Source of the DNA: an uncultured bacterium
GTDB lineage: Bacteria; Krumholzibacteriota; Krumholzibacteriia; Krumholzibacteriales; Krumholzibacteriaceae
Assembly (NCBI GenBank): GCA_965371515.1
Contig: CBDUYR010000018.1
Location: forward strand, 1-53,978
DNA length: 53,978 bases
Reading direction: 5' to 3'
The notes beneath the pieces were generated by a model. That model worked only from the letters and a program-made list of their open reading frames with translations, ran no database searches and was not told the origin of the DNA. The position numbers and the translations under genes are program-made. Below are positions 11,193 through 20,258 of this stretch, in pieces; positions within the stretch are counted from its first letter, which is position 1; the number at the start of each line of letters is the position of its first letter.

Positions 11193-13367
11193 TCACTTTC
11201 GCTCATTAACTATGTTGATTTGAGGAGGGCCGTCTTCGCCGGTCTTGCTATCAACATATTTTGCCGACGGCGCGTATTTAATCTTTATCTTCTGTTGCGG
11301 CGTATCTATCTCCAGGTGCAATTGACCGATTGCTTCGTTCGAATTATCAGCAAACCCCTGGTCGCTGACCGCAATCCTGAAAGACGACGGATTTTCTTGC
11401 CCTGTCGGAACAAACAGATATATGACATATGTTTCGCCAAGGAATTCCGTCTGGTTTTCAAGTACGGCTGCGGGGACAAAATCGCCGAAGACGCCTGAAT
11501 ACCACCCCTGATATTCGGGCTTTGTTCTCCCGCTGATGATCTCTGTCTTGCCCGAAGAGAACGGTTTGACTGCTTTAATAATGCAGGACTGTCCCCGTGC
11601 AGATTCAAGTATGTATCTGAAGTCTCCTTCGTCCGTTACAGACACATCCGGCGGAAAATGGAAATATTGTTTAACATGCAGTTTTTCCCTGGCAACCAGC
11701 CTGTCAACTATCAAATAGTAAAAAGGCTTTATAAACAGAATCGCTCTGTTATGGCAGGTCAATCTGTGTCCATACTTCATGCATCCTTCGAGATAATCGA
11801 ATTTTGTGTTGGATATCCATGTGAGGATTTCCGGTCCCATTCCCGATGGAGGCCTGACTTCCTGCAATACCGTTTTCTTTTCGATATTCCTGTTCCTGCT
11901 TGATCTTGCATCGCTGCCCGGAGAAGAAAGATCTCTCGCGGTCTCTGTCGCGATTCTGTAGGGTACGATCGTATTATGGGCTGCGGCTGATATGATAAAC
12001 TCTCTCTCTTCCGATGTATAATTGTAATTATATCTCCCCAGGTCGGTAATCCACTTTGCTCCTCTTGCGTAGAGCTCGAAGCTCATAAGATCCTCATGAT
12101 CGTGATTTGATGCCGCCGCCGTAAAGAATGCAATAAGGCAGCTTTCGGAACCGGTTGCCCTGCTTTCACCCCACCCGCTTCGCATAATATATATTTGTGC
12201 ATCGGCAAATCCGGCTGAGTGTTTTTCAGGCCTTTGCCCATCCCGTCCCTTTGTGTATATGTATTTCAATTCCGGATGGCTGTTCAGCGCGATGTCCATC
12301 ATCTTTTCGGACGGATAAAGGTCGGAGTCTCCGAAAAGTGCGATCGTCCAGTCGGGGTGGAAAAAGTATCCGCAGGCGTAGATCGCCCTGTCGATAGATT
12401 CGATACAGCCGCCGGGAAGTTGCACTCCGTTACGCCTGCAATCGTCGGCGTACACCTTAAGGAGGCCCGCGACCCAAATCTGATACCAGGGCGAATACTC
12501 CCCGAATATTCCATCTCCGTCGAAGTTGTCCTCGAGCTGCTTATTGAGGCGGGAGATAGAGTGCCCCAGGAACTTGTCCGATTCCTCCATCTCGGGAAAG
12601 GCCAGAGCGAGCCGTTCGAGCGCAAGACAGCTGAACAGGCCATGATTCGTCCTGTGATTGTAGTTGTCCGGTTCCATCAGAAACCGGGCGTGCCTCCACA
12701 AAAGCTCGAGCATAAGGGAGGTGAATCCCGGTGACGGAGTGTCGGCCGAATGATACAGGAACCAGAAATCCACGAGATAGACGAGCCGGTTAGCAACGGG
12801 ATGGTCATACCAGGAAAGTCGTCCCGGCAGGGCCTTTGGATCGAGATTGTCCCTCGCGAAATCCTCGATCAGAACCCTGGCCTTCTCCAGGTATGCCCTG
12901 TTCCCCGTCTCCACATACGCCTCGTTCAGTATCCACAGGAACTCGAAGCTGAACAGGTAGTAGCTCCAGTTGTCCGAGGCGGGCGGATTCTCCTTCCACG
13001 AGAGGTCTTCGGACAGTTCGTATTCATCATACGTCCAGAACCGGTATCTGTTCGCCAGGATCCCGTCCGCCCTCTCGACGGCTTCCGGGCAGTCACCGAG
13101 ACCGGAGAGGCCGGAAGCGCCGCCCTTTGTTCGCAAACGGTCCCATATCAGTTCTTCGGCCCCTGTCGTATCTCCCCGTTCGAGAAGCTCCCGGGCCCCA
13201 TCGAACTGGTGCGCGTCCAGGTCGACCACGGCAATAAAATCGAATTCTTCTTTGAGACACTTCGTGTTTTGGTGATCTTTCGCCCCGACGCTTACGGCGG
13301 CAAGAAGTAAAACCATAGCAGCGCATAATGTTCTGCCGGGCCAGATCACACTGAAGGGGAAAGGCAT
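11193..13367 (-). CDS. Heparinase II/III-like / alginate-lyase-family polysaccharide lyase, signal peptide
   Basis: TNHGL, EYSPWYQ, FGDSD, MRSGW, HDHEDLMSFELY, DLGRYNY and AAHNTI motifs; ATG 13367 overlaps the pckA TGA. Confidence 0.82.
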   Translation of the reverse strand: MPFPFSVIWPGRTLCAAMVLLLAAVSVGAKDHQNTKCLKEEFDFIAVVDLDAHQFDGARELLERGDTTGAEELIWDRLRTKGGASGLSGLGDCPEAVERADGILANRYRFWTYDEYELSEDLSWKENPPASDNWSYYLFSFEFLWILNEAYVETGNRAYLEKARVLIEDFARDNLDPKALPGRLSWYDHPVANRLVYLVDFWFLYHSADTPSPGFTSLMLELLWRHARFLMEPDNYNHRTNHGLFSCLALERLALAFPEMEESDKFLGHSISRLNKQLEDNFDGDGIFGEYSPWYQIWVAGLLKVYADDCRRNGVQLPGGCIESIDRAIYACGYFFHPDWTIALFGDSDLYPSEKMMDIALNSHPELKYIYTKGRDGQRPEKHSAGFADAQIYIMRSGWGESRATGSESCLIAFFTAAASNHDHEDLMSFELYARGAKWITDLGRYNYNYTSEEREFIISAAAHNTIVPYRIATETARDLSSPGSDARSSRNRNIEKKTVLQEVRPPSGMGPEILTWISNTKFDYLEGCMKYGHRLTCHNRAILFIKPFYYLIVDRLVAREKLHVKQYFHFPPDVSVTDEGDFRYILESARGQSCIIKAVKPFSSGKTEIISGRTKPEYQGWYSGVFGDFVPAAVLENQTEFLGETYVIYLFVPTGQENPSSFRIAVSDQGFADNSNEAIGQLHLEIDTPQQKIKIKYAPSAKYVDSKTGEDGPPQINIVNERK

Positions 13368-15304
13368 CAGCCGAATATCTCCCTTATCTCCGGGTCGAGA
13401 TCTTTGAACGAGTGGAGCCACTCGATGCGCTCGTAGCGCAGCCGGTCATTAAGCTTCCTGATCTCGGCCTCGGTATAGTACCGATGCTCGTCGAACCTGG
13501 GCAGGTCGAGTCCGGGCACCTCGACTGGAACCTCGTACCCCCAGTAGTCCTCGGAGATCCACTTGATCCTTCCGCGGGCAACCTCCCTTATCAGCGCAGC
13601 GGAATCCTGGATCCGGATCTTCTGGCCGGCGAGACAGTACGCCTTGACGAGTTCATAGCCGGTGGCGTTCTTGCGCCCGTGTTCGATATCCTCGAAGACG
13701 CTCTCGATATCCTCTTTCATCCGTATACGTTTTTTGCCGTGATCGATCAGCTCGAACCGCACCTGGTTGACGCGGAACCACTCCTCCTTGCCGTCGAGGA
13801 GCTCTCTCTTTATTCCCAGCCCCTTGTCCAGGTGCCAGAACCCGCCGATGTAGCGGCGGAGGATCTCCATGGCGCCGGGGTTGGCCAGGCTTTCCCTCTC
13901 CACGTCGATCTGCCGGCCGCCGAAGCCGCCCGTGTTGAGGAGGAAGCATTGTATGCCGGGGTTCTTTTTCAGGATGTCGTAGAAGATGCTTCCCTCCTCG
14001 CCCCGTGAACCGACGATGAAGGGATTGGTTCCGACCGAACGTACCGTCTGACCCGCCTTCGTCGGGTCGGCGGCCGATGTGAGAATCGACTCGCCGAGCA
14101 TGAAGAAAGCTGCGGCCTGCTTTGTGTCGAGCCTCGCGAGCGGCGGGACGATCGTCTCACGCCTCGTTATGAAGAAGATCATGTCGACATGGTCGAGATC
14201 GACCTTGTCGTCGGTAAAATCGAGCTCGCGTCGGATCACGATGCCGCGGCCGTTCAGGCACTTCCCGCCAGGGACAAAGGGATGGTCATACCTGAAGAAG
14301 TCGACATTGTGCGTCTCCGGATCGACGTATACGTTCTCTAGAACAGCTTTCGAACTCGTTGCACCGGCGTAGAGAAGGGGCTGTCCCTCTGCCTCGAGTC
14401 CCTCGGTCTTGATGTACGCGTTGTCCTCGGTGCCGAAAGCCTGGGCCTTGTCGTTCAGCACGAAGAAATCATCCTGCCTTATGACGACGGTCTCGTCCTT
14501 CTCCGGATCGAGCCAGAAGTGATGGACCGAGAGGGTTGTCTTTCCCGTCCCGCTCAGCCCGAAGAATATCGCGCCCTTTTCGACAAGCTCCCCGCTTGCA
14601 TCGTCCCTTGCCCTGATAAGCTTCCCGCCGGCGTGTATACCCAGGCCTCCGCCCCTGCCCTCTTTCATCAGGACCTTCTCACGGTACATCGCCATCCGGA
14701 GGTGGCCCTTCTTGACCTCGCCGAAGTAATCGGTCCCCAGCGCCCAGGTAGCCCTGTTATCTGCGTCGGCGAGTATGCTGATCGGCGGAAGACCCTTCGA
14801 CTCGGCGTATTCCCCCCACTCGGGGATCATTACCTCGACCTGGTCGGGCTCATTCCCCTGGCGCTCCTCGGGGAGATCAAAGATCAGCTTGTCCCACAGA
14901 ACGAGCATTCGCGCGTATTCCGGCGTGATGATAGTCCTGCAGTGATGCGAGTGTTCGGGATGCAGCCCCATCATCTTGTCCATCACGAGAAGCGTGCCGC
15001 CCGCATCGATATGCCTCTCGAGCCAGCCGTACGCTCCCCGGAGGATCTCAGCCTGACGTTCGTCCGGATCGCCGAAGAAGACCTCGGTCATCGGCGCGGA
15101 ACGGCTCGTGACTTTCGTGACGAACGACGGGCTGCCGAAATTGTTGAGAACGTCGTCCGTTCCCCTTGTTTCCAGGGTGACACTGTCCTTCAGGGCAAGC
15201 TCGAAGATCTCGCCGCGATCACTGATAAAGCTGCCCCTCTCCTCGGCCAGGGCGGTGATTTTTTCGGCAAGTTCCCTTGCGAGGGCGCCGTCACTGCTGC
15301 TCAC
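13367..15304 (-). CDS. pckA: Phosphoenolpyruvate carboxykinase (ATP), with a large C-terminal insertion
   Basis: GTDYFGEVKKG, GIHAG, P-loop FFGLSGTGKTT, RQDD, YIKT, ENV, NGR and LLNTG motifs. Confidence 0.9.
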   Translation of the reverse strand: MSSSDGALARELAEKITALAEERGSFISDRGEIFELALKDSVTLETRGTDDVLNNFGSPSFVTKVTSRSAPMTEVFFGDPDERQAEILRGAYGWLERHIDAGGTLLVMDKMMGLHPEHSHHCRTIITPEYARMLVLWDKLIFDLPEERQGNEPDQVEVMIPEWGEYAESKGLPPISILADADNRATWALGTDYFGEVKKGHLRMAMYREKVLMKEGRGGGLGIHAGGKLIRARDDASGELVEKGAIFFGLSGTGKTTLSVHHFWLDPEKDETVVIRQDDFFVLNDKAQAFGTEDNAYIKTEGLEAEGQPLLYAGATSSKAVLENVYVDPETHNVDFFRYDHPFVPGGKCLNGRGIVIRRELDFTDDKVDLDHVDMIFFITRRETIVPPLARLDTKQAAAFFMLGESILTSAADPTKAGQTVRSVGTNPFIVGSRGEEGSIFYDILKKNPGIQCFLLNTGGFGGRQIDVERESLANPGAMEILRRYIGGFWHLDKGLGIKRELLDGKEEWFRVNQVRFELIDHGKKRIRMKEDIESVFEDIEHGRKNATGYELVKAYCLAGQKIRIQDSAALIREVARGRIKWISEDYWGYEVPVEVPGLDLPRFDEHRYYTEAEIRKLNDRLRYERIEWLHSFKDLDPEIREIFG

Positions 15305-15325
15305 GAAGATTCCTCCTGCAGGTTG

Positions 15326-16876
15326 CTATGCCTTTACCTTAAGCTGCCTGACCGTATCGATCACTGTGCCGTCCCGCCATTCGATCAGGGCCACGATCCT
15401 GTCCTCGTAATCCGGCTTCTCGGGGAGACCGGAGAGGCCGATGGCCATGTCTCTCAGCTCGCCTATCGTCCTTACGGGCAGGTCGCTCCCTTTCAGGCGC
15501 CCCAGAATGTCTTCGCGAGCGGGATTGACCGCTATTCCCCGCTCCGTGACGAGTACGTCGATGACCTCGCCCGGAGCTGTGACCGTCGTGACGCTGTCGG
15601 TGATCACCGGCAGCCTCCCGCGCAGAAGCGGAGCCGTGATCATCGTGATCTGCGAATCGGTCACGTCTGTGAAACCGCCTATGCCGTGCAGCAGCCAGCC
15701 ATCACTGTGAGTGTTGACGTTGACGTTGAAGTCGACGTCGATCTCGGTCGCGCCGAGGATCCCGACCTTGACCAGCGGGGCGAAGTTGCCCTTCGTGTGG
15801 TAGCAGTAAGACGTGAAAGGGTCTGTCTCGAGGTGCCTGGGATTTTCCCTCAGTGACCGGACTCCCACGAGATCGAAACACTGGCCGTCGAGGATGTATT
15901 CGATCAGTCCCTCCTCGAGCATGTCGACGAGATATCTGTTCGATCCTCCGCGCGCGAACCTGGCGACGACGCCGGTCTCCCTCATTATATCGCCGAGATA
16001 CTTGAGGAAGGCGAGCGATATGCCTCCCGCACCGGACTGGAAGGTGAAATCGGGCTCGTCGAGCAGCCCGATGTCCTGGACGAACCTCGCCGCGTACTCG
16101 GCGATCAGCTGCCGGGTCGGGCTGCGTGTGATCCTCGTCGTGCCTGATATGATCTGCTCCGGATCGCCGAGCTTCTCCACCGTGCATACATGATCGACGT
16201 TCCCGCCCTTGATCACCCACGGAAATACGGGGAAGGGCTGGAGATTATCGGTAAGGACAACCGTTTTTTCGGCGTATAGCGAATCGGCCAGCGCGTATCC
16301 CATCACGCCGCAGGCCGAAGGCCCGCTGTGCCCGTTGCAGTTGCCGAAATGATCGGCGGCCGGCGCGGCGATGAACGCTACGTCGATCTTTATGTCGCCA
16401 TCCTGGATCGCCCTGTACCTTCCGCCGTGCGAGCGGAGAATGCAGGTCTTCGACATCTTTCCAAGCGAGCAAGCCCTGCCGACCGGCCCGTTCATCGATC
16501 CCTCGACGTGTGAGATAACGCCGTTCTCGATGTGCTTTATGAGCGGCTCGTGGACCGGGAAGAGGGCCGAGGGCACGAGTGTGAGGTCCTTCAGCCCCTG
16601 TTCGGCGAGCTTGTCGACGACCATGTTCATAACGTAGTCGCCGTTGCGGAGGTGATGATGGAACGAGACCGTCATCCCGTCCTTTATTCCGCACGCGTCG
16701 ATTGCTTCGTCGAGCGAGGCCCTGAGCTTGTTCGCGTAATCCGCGACCGCCCTTATCGGCGGCGCCGCCTTGCGGCCGCCACCGTGCCCGGCGTGAGCGC
16801 CCATGAATGGCTTGAGCTTCTTTCCGTCTATCTCCTCCGGGATCAACCTTCCCAGAGCGTTCGGGACCATCTTCAT
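15326..16876 (-). CDS. citF: Citrate lyase alpha subunit (citrate CoA/ACP-transferase)
   Basis: GIKDGMTVSFHHHLRNGD, RSHGGR, FQSGAGG, LGATEIDVDFNVNV and VLVTERGIAVNP motifs. Confidence 0.95.
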   Translation of the reverse strand: MKMVPNALGRLIPEEIDGKKLKPFMGAHAGHGGGRKAAPPIRAVADYANKLRASLDEAIDACGIKDGMTVSFHHHLRNGDYVMNMVVDKLAEQGLKDLTLVPSALFPVHEPLIKHIENGVISHVEGSMNGPVGRACSLGKMSKTCILRSHGGRYRAIQDGDIKIDVAFIAAPAADHFGNCNGHSGPSACGVMGYALADSLYAEKTVVLTDNLQPFPVFPWVIKGGNVDHVCTVEKLGDPEQIISGTTRITRSPTRQLIAEYAARFVQDIGLLDEPDFTFQSGAGGISLAFLKYLGDIMRETGVVARFARGGSNRYLVDMLEEGLIEYILDGQCFDLVGVRSLRENPRHLETDPFTSYCYHTKGNFAPLVKVGILGATEIDVDFNVNVNTHSDGWLLHGIGGFTDVTDSQITMITAPLLRGRLPVITDSVTTVTAPGEVIDVLVTERGIAVNPAREDILGRLKGSDLPVRTIGELRDMAIGLSGLPEKPDYEDRIVALIEWRDGTVIDTVRQLKVKA

Positions 16877-18111
16877 GATCCTCCCCCTGTTTTCCCGTTC
16901 GATCCTTTATTCTCTTCTTCCAGCAGCCCGAGCGCCTCGGCGAGCCTGAGTATCTTCCGTGCCCTCGTCTCGATCGGGGCGTCGATCATCTTGCTTCCGA
17001 TCGTCGCGACCCCGCTGCCCTCCGATCGAGCCTTCTCTATCGCCGCCACGACCTTCCTGGCATATTCGATCCGCTCGGGGGCGGGGCTGAAAACTGCATG
17101 TATCGGTGCTATCTGCGCCGGATGAATCACGCCCTTGCCCTCGAACCCGAGCGCCATCGCTTCCTTCGTGTTCGCGACGAGGCCCTCCTCGTCCTGAACG
17201 TCGGAGAAGACCGTGTCGATCACCTGCACACCGGCGGCCTTGGCGCCGAGAACGAGCATCGACCGCGCCGCGAAACTCTCCGTCCCTTCTTTCGTCCGCT
17301 CAGCGCCGATGTCGGCCGTGAAATCCTCGGCCCCGAAGCATAGCGCTATAACGCGGCCGCTCGCCGCGCCTATCTCGTATGCGTTCAATATCCCCTTCGC
17401 CGTCTCTATGAGCGGCATTATCAGAATCTCGTGCCCGAGGGAATGCTTCTTCTCCAGCCTTGTGATGATCTTCTCCACTGCCTTTACGTCTTCGGCGGTC
17501 TCGCACTTCGGCACGAGGATCGTGTCTACCCCGTACGGAACGACCATCTCGAGATCGTCCGCTCCGTATTCGGTCGACAGAGGATTGATCCTCACTATGC
17601 GCTCGCAGTCGAAATAGTCGTTAGAGAGGAGGGTGTTCCTCACGAGGATCCTCGCAGCGTCTTTTTCGCCGGGAGAGACCGAGTCCTCGAGGTCGAGTAT
17701 AACGCTGTCGGCGCCGTAGAGGCCGCCGTTGCGCATCAGGTCGGGATTGTTGCCGGGCATGTAGAGTCGAGTCCTTCGCAGTCTCTCCCTTCGGGGAGGG
17801 CCGTACTCGACCTTGCGTTCCGGAAGGCATCCGGGGTGGCCGATCTTCCCCAGCCTCCTCGCAGCGGCCTCGATCCTCGCCATGATGACGTAATCGAAGG
17901 CTCCCATGTCATTGATCTCGATCTCGCAGTTCTCGATGCCGAGGCTATCGAGCGTCTCCCTTGCCGTCTTCTCGATCTGCTTGCCGAACATGTGGCCGAC
18001 GGAACTCTCGATCGATATCTCGATACCGCCGGCTTCCTTTCCCGTTAACCGGACGGCAAGATCGCCCTTCTTGCCTTCCCTTCCGGCACGGGTTTGCACA
18101 GAATCACTCAT
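16873..18111 (-). CDS. citDE: CitD (acyl-carrier-like domain)-CitE (citryl-CoA lyase beta) fusion
   Basis: First ~90 aa resemble CitD (I.SSV...FG.QI...D.GAFD.VI.ARIEAA); remainder is CitE (RRTRLYMPGNNP, DLEDSV, VRIN, IET, FGAEDF, GKGVIHPAQ). Confidence 0.9.
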   Translation of the reverse strand: MSDSVQTRAGREGKKGDLAVRLTGKEAGGIEISIESSVGHMFGKQIEKTARETLDSLGIENCEIEINDMGAFDYVIMARIEAAARRLGKIGHPGCLPERKVEYGPPRRERLRRTRLYMPGNNPDLMRNGGLYGADSVILDLEDSVSPGEKDAARILVRNTLLSNDYFDCERIVRINPLSTEYGADDLEMVVPYGVDTILVPKCETAEDVKAVEKIITRLEKKHSLGHEILIMPLIETAKGILNAYEIGAASGRVIALCFGAEDFTADIGAERTKEGTESFAARSMLVLGAKAAGVQVIDTVFSDVQDEEGLVANTKEAMALGFEGKGVIHPAQIAPIHAVFSPAPERIEYARKVVAAIEKARSEGSGVATIGSKMIDAPIETRARKILRLAEALGLLEEENKGSNGKTGGGS

Positions 18112-18241
18112 TGTCCACTTCCGGGATTAATCGTAAAAGGGTGAGTAAGCCGTATCTTCCTTCGTGATAAGGGGTGAATCATTCCCTTCCTCACAAGGTG
18201 AAACAACAGTCGGCGACCGACCGGCCACCGCACCAGCCGAT

Positions 18242-18270
18242 AATCTAAACAATGCGAACCGGTTTGTCTA
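18242..18270 (-). promoter_or_regulatory. Candidate sigma70 promoter for the cit operon
   Basis: Minus strand TAGACA-17 nt-TAGATT, about 130 bp upstream of citDE. Confidence 0.45.
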
Positions 18271-18300
18271 TAGGGATACAGTAAAATTATGGCTATGGGG

Positions 18301-18334
18301 AAATAAAAAGGACGGACCCGAAATGAGCCCGTCC
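18301..18334 (-). terminator. Intrinsic terminator
   Basis: Minus strand GGACGGGCTC-ATTTC-GGGTCCGTCC (with G-U pairs) followed by TTTTTATTT. Confidence 0.75.
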
Positions 18335-18477
18335 CCAGGTCCCGAAGGATTAGTCATGCGGTCTTGCTGCTCAATGCCCCCTTCGGCTACATCGCAACCT
18401 GCAGAGCCTTCTCTTAACGTTGGGGGGGAGGCCCCGTTCATCAAAGAGTTTCCGCGGGCTCAACCACAGGTTTATAC
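18301..18477 (-). ncRNA. Candidate ~175-nt structured RNA (sRNA or attenuator leader)
   Basis: Lies between a sigma54-like promoter and a terminator; nested pairings CCTGT/GCAGG, GAGCC/GGCTC, CTCTT/AAGAG, AACG/CGTT; no convincing ORF. Confidence 0.4.
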
Positions 18478-18487
18478 ACTACCAAGC

Positions 18488-18504
18488 ATCAATATTCATG
18501 CCAG
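18488..18504 (-). promoter_or_regulatory. Candidate sigma54 (-24/-12) promoter
   Basis: CTGGCATGAATATTGAT versus consensus TGGCACG-N4-TTGC; correct 10-nt GG-to-G spacing, but GA instead of GC at -12. Confidence 0.4.
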
Positions 18505-18727
18505 TTTCATGCTGTTCCGGGACTGAGGATCAGGCGCCAGTGACGGGACTCCCGGGTGTCTGTGGATAACACCCACAGTCTCATTGTTGTCAGGCGATTA
18601 CAAAATCGCTGATGCGGTGGAAAAAGCGCCCCGAAAGACGTAATCTCTTGATTGATAGCAAGAAAGGAACGCGGGCCTGTTAATTAAATATTTTTACGCG
18701 AGCCTCTTTCGCGTAAACTTTCTTTCC

Positions 18728-20158
18728 TCACAGGTCGACTACGTGGACGGTGTTAGTCGGCGCTCTTTCCTTCGTCGGAATGCCCGCAGTCATCACTATC
18801 CGGCCGGAGTATCCCGCCCCGGTGATCTTCTCTTTTATCACGGCGATGATCTCCTCGGTCGTCTCGATGTGATCGATCTGTATAGTCTCCACCCCCCAGA
18901 CGAGCGAGAGCTGCTTTACGACATGCTCGAGGTCGGTCAAGGCGACCACCGGGATCGGCGGGCGCCGACGGGCGACCAGCCTGGCGGTCCTGCCCGAATG
19001 GGTGAGGACGACGATGACCCTGGCGCCGACCTCTCGCGCGGTCTTCACCGCTCCCGAGGCCAACGCATCGGTGTCCGTGTCGAGCGCTGTCTTCGCGCCT
19101 GCCAGGGTCCCTGCCGAAGATTCGTCGTGCGGGAGGGCGAGGGCATATTCCTCGGCCGTCCCGATTATCCTGCTCATCATCGCTACCGTTTCGACCGGGT
19201 ACTTCCCCGTCGCCGTCTCTGCCGAGAGCATCAATGCGTCGCTTCCATCGATTACAGCATTTGCGACGTCGCTCGCCTCTGCCCTCGTGGGCAGCTCGGT
19301 CACCGTCATCGACTCGAGCATCTGGGTCGCCGTGATCACCGGTTTTCCCGCCGCCAGGCACTTGTCGATCAGCTTCTTCTGTACGACCGGGACATTGTCT
19401 ATCGGAATCTCCACGCCGAGATCACCTCTTGCGATCATCACCCCGTCCGTTTCGGCCAGTATCTCGTTAAAATTGTCGATCGCCTCGCGCTTCTCGATCT
19501 TCACCACGATCTTCGCATGCGACCCGGCCGCTTCGAGGATCCGCCTCAGCTCCCTGACCTCATCGGCTCTCCTGACAAACGACAGGGCGACGAAATCGAC
19601 GCCGAGTTCGATCCCGAAGTCGAGATCCTTCCTGTCCCTCGCCGTCATCGCGGGGGCGCTGATACTGACGCCGGGGAGATTTACACCTTTCCGCGACGTG
19701 AGCAGGCCTCCATTGACGACACGGCAGCGCACGTCCCTTCCGTCGATCCTGTCGACCTCGAGATGAATGATCCCGTCGGAAAGGAATATATCGTTTCCCG
19801 GCTTCACCTCGTCGGCCAGCCTGGGGTAATCGATCTGCACCACGCCGGTCCTTCCCGCGGGCTCTTCCGCAGTCAGCACGAGCGTCTCGCCCCTGGTCAG
19901 TTCGAGCTCGCCGTCTATCTCTCCCACGCGTATCTTCGGGCCCTGAAGATCCTGCATCACAGCGATGTTCGCTCCTATATTCCTTACCCGGCGGCAGACC
20001 TCTCCGTGCTCCTCGTGCGTTCCATGGGAGAAATTGATCCGCGCGACGTTCATTCCCGCCGCTGCCAGCTTTTCCAGTGTCTCTTCGTCCCTCGAAGCGG
20101 GTCCGATAGTGCAGACGATCTTGGCTCTCTTCACCGGTGACCTCCGTTTTTTTATCAT
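18728..20158 (-). CDS. pyk: Pyruvate kinase
   Basis: KIVCTIGPAS, ARINFSHG, DLQGPKIR, KIE, MIARGDLGVE, ITATQMLESM and PTRAEASDVANAVIDG motifs. Confidence 0.98.
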   Translation of the reverse strand: MIKKRRSPVKRAKIVCTIGPASRDEETLEKLAAAGMNVARINFSHGTHEEHGEVCRRVRNIGANIAVMQDLQGPKIRVGEIDGELELTRGETLVLTAEEPAGRTGVVQIDYPRLADEVKPGNDIFLSDGIIHLEVDRIDGRDVRCRVVNGGLLTSRKGVNLPGVSISAPAMTARDRKDLDFGIELGVDFVALSFVRRADEVRELRRILEAAGSHAKIVVKIEKREAIDNFNEILAETDGVMIARGDLGVEIPIDNVPVVQKKLIDKCLAAGKPVITATQMLESMTVTELPTRAEASDVANAVIDGSDALMLSAETATGKYPVETVAMMSRIIGTAEEYALALPHDESSAGTLAGAKTALDTDTDALASGAVKTAREVGARVIVVLTHSGRTARLVARRRPPIPVVALTDLEHVVKQLSLVWGVETIQIDHIETTEEIIAVIKEKITGAGYSGRIVMTAGIPTKERAPTNTVHVVDL

Positions 20159-20258
20159 TTTACTCGGCCGGCACCTCGTTATTGCGCACTGCCGGCCCGC
20201 CCGTGTATATTACCACTTTCGAGGGTCACGTCGAAGAAAAACAATGGAAGGCTGAGAC

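Noticed and set aside
13628..13916. Intein in pckA
   Set aside because: No N-terminal C/S or C-terminal HN-C/S/T splice motifs
18164..18526. 120-aa plus-strand ORF and a ~57-codon minus-strand ORF in the cit-pyk intergenic region
   Set aside because: No clear RBS, atypical codon usage, and both run through the terminator
18561..18569. Replication origin suggested by a perfect DnaA box
   Set aside because: A single box, with no cluster and no dnaA/dnaN context
18743..20140. 465-aa plus-strand ORF opposite pyk; similar long shadows at 14519-15856, 34644-36116, 34949-36256, 39943-41772, 46276-47745 and 49857-51176
   Set aside because: Antisense or off-frame shadows of well-supported genes, expected with GC-rich codon bias; no motifs
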